A stretch of DNA of 64,000 nucleotides from Hyphomicrobiales bacterium (lineage in GTDB: Bacteria > Pseudomonadota > Alphaproteobacteria > Rhizobiales > Beijerinckiaceae), in NCBI GenBank assembly GCA_028869185.1, contig JAGWTA010000008.1, positions 13,601 through 77,600 on the forward strand, written 5' to 3'. Position numbers and translations under genes: made by a program. Below are positions 59,615 through 64,000 of this stretch, piece after piece. The notes beneath the pieces were generated by a model. The model was not told the DNA's origin. It searched no databases and saw only the letters and a program-made list of their open reading frames with translations. How positions within the stretch are numbered: position 1 is the stretch's first letter; the number at the start of each line of letters is the position of its first letter.

Positions 59615-60511
59615 CTAAAGGGCCACGCGTGTTTCGGGCGCGGCCGCCGCGCGGCCCCAGCTCCAGCGCCAGGCGCTGGAATCGGCAAAAAGGGCCTGCA
59701 GAACCGCGAGGTTGAGCGCATGGCCGCCCCGCAGGGAGCGGAATGTCCCCTCGATCGGCGCGCCGGCCAGAGCGAGATCCCCCAGCGCGTCCAGCGCCTT
59801 GTGGCGCACGCACTCGTCCGGAAACCGCACGCCCTCCGGATTGACCGGCCCGCGCGCATCAAAGGCGAGCGTATTGTCGAGACCCGCGCCGCGCGCGAGT
59901 CCTGTGCGCCAGAGCGCTTCTACGTCGGCCAGAAAGCCGAAACTGCGCGCAGGCGCGATATCCCGCATGAATGTGCCGGGGTCGGGCCGCCAAACGATTC
60001 GTTGCGCGCCGATCGCCGGATGGGCGAAATCGATTGCGACGTCGAGCGACAGGCCCGCGCCGGGCGAGAGCTCGGCGAAGCCTTCCGCAGTCTCTGCGCG
60101 GACGGTCTTGAGGATTTCGATGCGGCGGCGCGGCGCAGCAAGTGTCGTAATGCCGGCATCCAAGATGGCGCGGCCGATGGGCGCGGCCGATCCATCGAGC
60201 GCCGGCGCCTCCGCGCCCTCGATCTCGATCAGCGCATTGTCGACGCCAAGGCCGGCCAGCGCCGCCAGAACATGTTCGACAGTGGACAGACGCGCGGCCC
60301 CGCGCCTCAATTGGGTGCGCAACGCAACGCGTTCGCCATGACGCCACAAGGCCGGGATTGTTCGTCCGCAGCTATCGACGAAACACAGACCCTCGCCTGC
60401 AGGCGCAGGATGGAGCGTGAGCTGGGCGGGCGCGCCCGAATGAACGCCAATTCCGCCCAGCGTCGCGGCGCGGGCGAGTGTGGTCTGGCGGGGCTGCGGG
60501 TGTGCCGTCAT
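59615..60511 (-). CDS. lpxC: UDP-3-O-acyl-N-acetylglucosamine deacetylase
   Basis: N-terminus QTTLARAATLGGIGVHSGAPAQLTLHPA, then TVEHVLAALAGLGVDNALIE and a C-terminal HKALDALGDLALAG. It is in the conserved position next to ftsZ. Confidence 0.93.
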   Translation of the reverse strand: MTAHPQPRQTTLARAATLGGIGVHSGAPAQLTLHPAPAGEGLCFVDSCGRTIPALWRHGERVALRTQLRRGAARLSTVEHVLAALAGLGVDNALIEIEGAEAPALDGSAAPIGRAILDAGITTLAAPRRRIEILKTVRAETAEGFAELSPGAGLSLDVAIDFAHPAIGAQRIVWRPDPGTFMRDIAPARSFGFLADVEALWRTGLARGAGLDNTLAFDARGPVNPEGVRFPDECVRHKALDALGDLALAGAPIEGTFRSLRGGHALNLAVLQALFADSSAWRWSWGRAAAAPETRVAL

Positions 60512-60647
60512 GAATCCGTCGCTATGGACGCGCCGGGCGCGCCGCTGGAGGCATTCGCCAAATTAAAGCCGCAAGTTGACGCCGCCAAATAACGGATTGT
60601 GACGAATTGTTACAAAAGGCCGACGCAACCAAATTGGCGGCCAGAAT

Positions 60648-60677
60648 GAAAAAACCGCCGGACTTTCGTCCGGCGGT
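60648..60677 (-). terminator. rho-independent terminator downstream of ftsZ
   Basis: The minus strand reads ACCGCCGGAC-GAAA-GTCCGGCGGT followed by TTTTTTC, about 25 nt after the ftsZ stop. Confidence 0.85.
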
Positions 60678-60702
60678 TTGTTGGTCTGCGCAAAAGGGCG
60701 CC

Positions 60703-62475
60703 TCAGTTGGCCTGACGGCGCAGGAAGGCGGGGATCTCGAGTTGATCTTCCTCCTGCGGCCGCTGCTGGGCGCGCGGCTCGTAAGTCGGGCGCGGCGCGG
60801 CCGGCGCGCGCTTGGCGTATTCGGACACGTGCTGCTGCGGAGCGGGCGCAACCGGCCGTTGCGGGGCGACCGGCGCAACGATCGGGCGCTGCTGCGGGGC
60901 GGCCGCGCGGGCGGCGTCCTCGCGGCTGGTGGCGAAGGAGGTCAGCCGTTCGAGCAGCGTGCGGCGGCGCTGTTCGACCGGATTGGAAGCCGGCGTGCGC
61001 TGCTGGCTGCGATCCTCGATCCATTGCTGCTGAATGTGCGGCGGCATGTCCTCGATCTGGGGCATGCGCGCGCGCGGAGCCTGCGGCGGAATGGGCGCGA
61101 ACTGCGGCGCGGGCGCCATGGCCTGCGGTTGCGGCGCCGGCGCGGGCGCCGGCTCGTAGTAGGACGGGGCCGGCTGCGGCGCGACGGCGATCTGCACATC
61201 CTCGATCGCGGGCGCGGGCTGCGGCGCGCGCATCTGCGGCGCAGGCGCCGGCTGATAATGCTGCGGTTGCGGCGCAGAAGCGATCGCAACGGGCGCGGGC
61301 TGCTCTTCCACCGGCGCTTCGTAGGCTTGCGGCGCATGCTGCTGGACCTGCGGAGCGTAGTGGTGGACCTCCTGAACCTGCGGCGCAGCAGCGGCCTGCG
61401 CGATCACGCGCGCAGATTCGTGACGCATGGCCGTCTGGGCGCGAAGGCGTTCGGCTGCTTCCGCAATGCGGCGCTCTGCATCTTCGTAATCGCCGTGCTG
61501 CGACATATCCGTCTTGTCGAGGCCCGTCGCCACGACCGAGACGCGGATGACGCCTTCCAGCGACTCGTCGAAGGTGGCGCCCAGGATGATGTTCGCCTCT
61601 TCGTCGACTTCCTGACGGATGCGGCTCGCCGCTTCGTCGAGTTCGTACAACGTCATGTCGCGCCCGCCGGTGATCGAGATGAGCAGGCCGCGCGCGCCTT
61701 TCATCGACACTTCATCAAGCAGCGGGTTGGCGATGGCGGCTTCGGCGGCGTGCATGGCGCGCTTTTCGCCCGATGCTTCGCCCGTGCCCATCATCGCCTT
61801 GCCCATGTCGCGCATGATCGAACGCACGTCGGCGAAGTCGAGATTGACGAGACCCTGCTTGACCATGAGATCGGTGATCGAGGCGACGCCAGAATACAGA
61901 ACCTGATCGGCCATGGCGAACGCGTCGGCGAAGGTCGTGCGCTCGGTGGCGATGCGGAACAGATTCTGGTTGGGAATGACGATCAGCGTATCGACCGCCT
62001 TCTGCAACTCGGAAATGCCGAGATCGGCCGTGCGCATGCGACGCATGCCTTCGAACTGGAACGGCTTGGTGACGACGCCGACCGTGAGAATGCCGAGGTC
62101 GCGCGCAGCGCGGGCGATCACGGGCGCTGCGCCCGTACCTGTGCCGCCGCCCATGCCAGCGGTGACGAAACACATGTGCGAACCAGCAAGATGATCCCGG
62201 ATTTCCTCGATTGCTTCTTCAGCGGCGGCGCGGCCGATTTCCGGCTGCGCGCCGGCGCCCAGACCTTCGGTGACTTGCAGGCCCATCTGAATGATGCGTT
62301 CGGCGCGCGAGGCGGTCAGGGCCTGCGCATCCGTATTGGCGACGATGAAATCGACGCCCGACAAGCCCGACGCAATCATATTGTTGACTGCATTGCAGCC
62401 GCCGCCGCCAACGCCGCAAACCATGATGCGCGGCTTCAATTCCCGGAGTTCCGGACCTTTGAGATTAAGTGTCAT
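60703..62475 (-). CDS. ftsZ: cell division protein FtsZ (long disordered C-terminal linker)
   Basis: Tubulin signature [13 protein letters not shown]. It has a Pro/Gln/Ala-rich linker of about 250 aa and the conserved C-terminal peptide [12 protein letters not shown]. Confidence 0.97.
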   Translation of the reverse strand: MTLNLKGPELRELKPRIMVCGVGGGGCNAVNNMIASGLSGVDFIVANTDAQALTASRAERIIQMGLQVTEGLGAGAQPEIGRAAAEEAIEEIRDHLAGSHMCFVTAGMGGGTGTGAAPVIARAARDLGILTVGVVTKPFQFEGMRRMRTADLGISELQKAVDTLIVIPNQNLFRIATERTTFADAFAMADQVLYSGVASITDLMVKQGLVNLDFADVRSIMRDMGKAMMGTGEASGEKRAMHAAEAAIANPLLDEVSMKGARGLLISITGGRDMTLYELDEAASRIRQEVDEEANIILGATFDESLEGVIRVSVVATGLDKTDMSQHGDYEDAERRIAEAAERLRAQTAMRHESARVIAQAAAAPQVQEVHHYAPQVQQHAPQAYEAPVEEQPAPVAIASAPQPQHYQPAPAPQMRAPQPAPAIEDVQIAVAPQPAPSYYEPAPAPAPQPQAMAPAPQFAPIPPQAPRARMPQIEDMPPHIQQQWIEDRSQQRTPASNPVEQRRRTLLERLTSFATSREDAARAAAPQQRPIVAPVAPQRPVAPAPQQHVSEYAKRAPAAPRPTYEPRAQQRPQEEDQLEIPAFLRRQAN

Positions 62476-62536
62476 CGCCTTCGACCTTCTGATGTGAGGC
62501 GCTCGCCCCGGGTTGTGTTCGCCGCTGCGCGGCGTG

Positions 62537-63835
62537 TTAGAAACTTTCCTTCAGCCATCGACCAACGCGGCCGATGTAACCTTCGCCGTGCTTCGAGACA
62601 GGACGCGCGCGGCTCGGCTCGAAATGCTCTTTGTCCGCGACCTGCGGATAGGCGAGCAGGCCCACCGCCGCCGAAAAGGCCGGGCTCTTGCCCGATTCCG
62701 GCAGGCCGGGAACGCTCATTGGGCGGCCAAGCCGCGCCTGACCTGACAAAATCCGCCGCGCAGTTTCGGGCAAACCGGTGAGCTGGCTCGCGCCGCCGGT
62801 GAGAACGAGGCGCGTGCCCGCATGCGCCGGATAACCGGCAGCGCGCAGCCGGTCGCGCGCCAGCTCCATGATCTCTTCGACGCGCGGCCGGATGATGCGC
62901 ACCAGATGCGAGCGCGGCACATGCGCCGATTGGCCACGCTCCTCGCCCACGGGCTCGATCGCTACGGTTTCGCGCTCGTCGGACGATGAGGCGATCGCGC
63001 TGCCATACAGCGTCTTCAGCCGCTCTGCGTTTGACAGTTTCACATTGAGCCCGCGCGCAATGTCGAGCGTTACATGCTGGCCGCCGACGCCGAAGGAATC
63101 GAGATGGATCAGCGCGCCTTGCGCAAACACCGCGATGCTGGTCGAACCGCCGCCGAAATCCATCAGCGTCGCGCCGATTTCGGCCTCGTCCTCCGCCAGC
63201 GTCGACAAGGCGGACGCATAGGGCGACGCGACGAAAGCCTCGACGCCCAGATGGCAGCGCTCGACGGCGAGCGCGAGGTTGCGGATGGCCGGAATATCGC
63301 AGCTGGCGACATGCAGGTCAGCGCCAAGTTCCGCGCCGATCATCCCACGCGGATCGGCGATGCCGTCCGCGTTGTCGAGCGAGAAGCGGGTCGGCAGCGA
63401 ATGCAGAACGGCGCGGCCCGGCGCGCCCGTGCGCAAGCACGAGGCCTCGAGCACGCGATGAATGTCGGATTCGCTGACAGTGCGATCGCCGACGGCGACT
63501 TTCGCCGTGAAATGCTGCGAGCCGATGCGACCGCCGGAAGCCGAGACGACAACCTGCTCGATCTGCACGCCAGCCATCCGCTCGGCGGCGTCAACCGCGA
63601 GCCGGATCGCCGTTTCAGCCTCTTCCATATCGACGATCTGACCAGCCTTCACGCCGCGCGAACGCTGATGACCGATGCCCAGAATACGACAGCCGGTGCG
63701 ATTTTTTGCATCGACGCGCTCGAGGCGAACGATCAGACAAACAATCTTCGACGTGCCGACGTCGAGCGCGGCAAGGATCGGATTTTTCCGCGAATGCAGT
63801 GGGCGCAGACGGGGGAGATGCGCGGGGCCGGACAT
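62537..63835 (-). CDS. ftsA: cell division protein FtsA
   Basis: Actin-like ATPase ([16 protein letters not shown]...). ATG at 63835. The ORF-track start at 63838 is a TTG one codon upstream. The start overlaps the ftsQ stop (ATGA). Confidence 0.95.
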   Translation of the reverse strand: MSGPAHLPRLRPLHSRKNPILAALDVGTSKIVCLIVRLERVDAKNRTGCRILGIGHQRSRGVKAGQIVDMEEAETAIRLAVDAAERMAGVQIEQVVVSASGGRIGSQHFTAKVAVGDRTVSESDIHRVLEASCLRTGAPGRAVLHSLPTRFSLDNADGIADPRGMIGAELGADLHVASCDIPAIRNLALAVERCHLGVEAFVASPYASALSTLAEDEAEIGATLMDFGGGSTSIAVFAQGALIHLDSFGVGGQHVTLDIARGLNVKLSNAERLKTLYGSAIASSSDERETVAIEPVGEERGQSAHVPRSHLVRIIRPRVEEIMELARDRLRAAGYPAHAGTRLVLTGGASQLTGLPETARRILSGQARLGRPMSVPGLPESGKSPAFSAAVGLLAYPQVADKEHFEPSRARPVSKHGEGYIGRVGRWLKESF

Positions 63836-64000
63836 CAAACTTTCCCCTTCGCGATTTTCGAGGTTGTTTCGGCGCGCGCAGCGGCGGCTTCTTCGGTCAG
63901 ACGCACGATGACACGGTCTGGAACGCGCAGATCGACGGACTGGATGTCTTTTTCCAGAAGCCGGTCGTCCTTCGCCAGACGCGCAAGCTTTGTCATGGCC
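63835..64000 (-). CDS. ftsQ: cell division protein FtsQ, C-terminal end (gene runs off the window edge)
   Basis: My own minus-strand translation gives ...AMTKLARLAKDDRLLEKDIQSVDLRVPDRVIVRLTEEAAAARAETTSKIAKGKV*. The DLRxPDRxxVRL pattern and the position upstream of ftsA fit FtsQ. Confidence 0.8.
   Translation of the reverse strand, partial: AMTKLARLAKDDRLLEKDIQSVDLRVPDRVIVRLTEEAAAARAETTSKIAKGKV

Noticed and set aside
60703-61500. Repetitive Pro/Gln/Ala-rich coding DNA (APQPQ-like units), which might be read as a tandem repeat or a CRISPR-like array.
   Set aside because: It is the in-frame intrinsically disordered C-terminal linker of FtsZ. That linker is known to be long in alphaproteobacteria and ends in the conserved [12 protein letters not shown] peptide. 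The units are irregular, with no spacer-repeat periodicity.

Overview
This is a visibly GC-rich chromosomal core segment of an alphaproteobacterium. The order-level call (Rhizobiales-like) is an inference from three things: the ftsQAZ-lpxC-bamD-recN-ligA synteny, a circularly permuted two-piece tmRNA with tag ANDNYAPVAVAA, and an fdsGBACD NAD-formate-dehydrogenase operon. No database search was run. All family calls come from motifs I could read in the supplied translations or in my own translations.

The window is densely packed with about 60 housekeeping genes:
- ccoN (5' part) and hemN, divergent around an FNR/FixK box
- ilvIH and ilvC, and leuA
- an IclR / FAD-monooxygenase / aryl-CoA-ligase trio
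- LysR plus fdsG-fdsB-fdsA-fdhD-fdsD
- an RND pump with adaptor, divergent from an ArsR(YgaV-like)-DUF2892 pair
- tRNA-Lys(CTT)
- pdxY, folA, hflKC-degP, kefB-like, serB, miaA, a GST, thyA
- an FnrN-type regulator
- ssrA followed by sspB-DUF4169-RHH
- AsmA, an FAD oxidase, an AT3 acyltransferase, uvrD, lrgAB, pepP, prmA
- ligA, recN, bamD, lpxC, ftsZ, ftsA and the ftsQ 3' end

I see no mobile elements, CRISPR arrays, integrases or recognisable defence islands, and no compelling large novel multi-gene system. The many long ORFs antisense to real genes are high-GC shadow ORFs.

The observations most worth follow-up:
1. An unannotated micro-transcription unit divergent from folA. Its Shine-Dalgarno is a 17-nt perfect complement of the 16S rRNA 3' tail.
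2. The ssrA / sspB / DUF4169 / RHH_4 arrangement with translational coupling.
3. A tmRNA with a non-canonical T-loop.
4. A YgaV/SqrR-like ArsR plus DUF2892 pair facing an RND pump that has no outer-membrane factor.
5. A stand-alone aryl-CoA monooxygenase plus ligase module.
6. Candidate leader-peptide attenuators for ilvIH and leuA.
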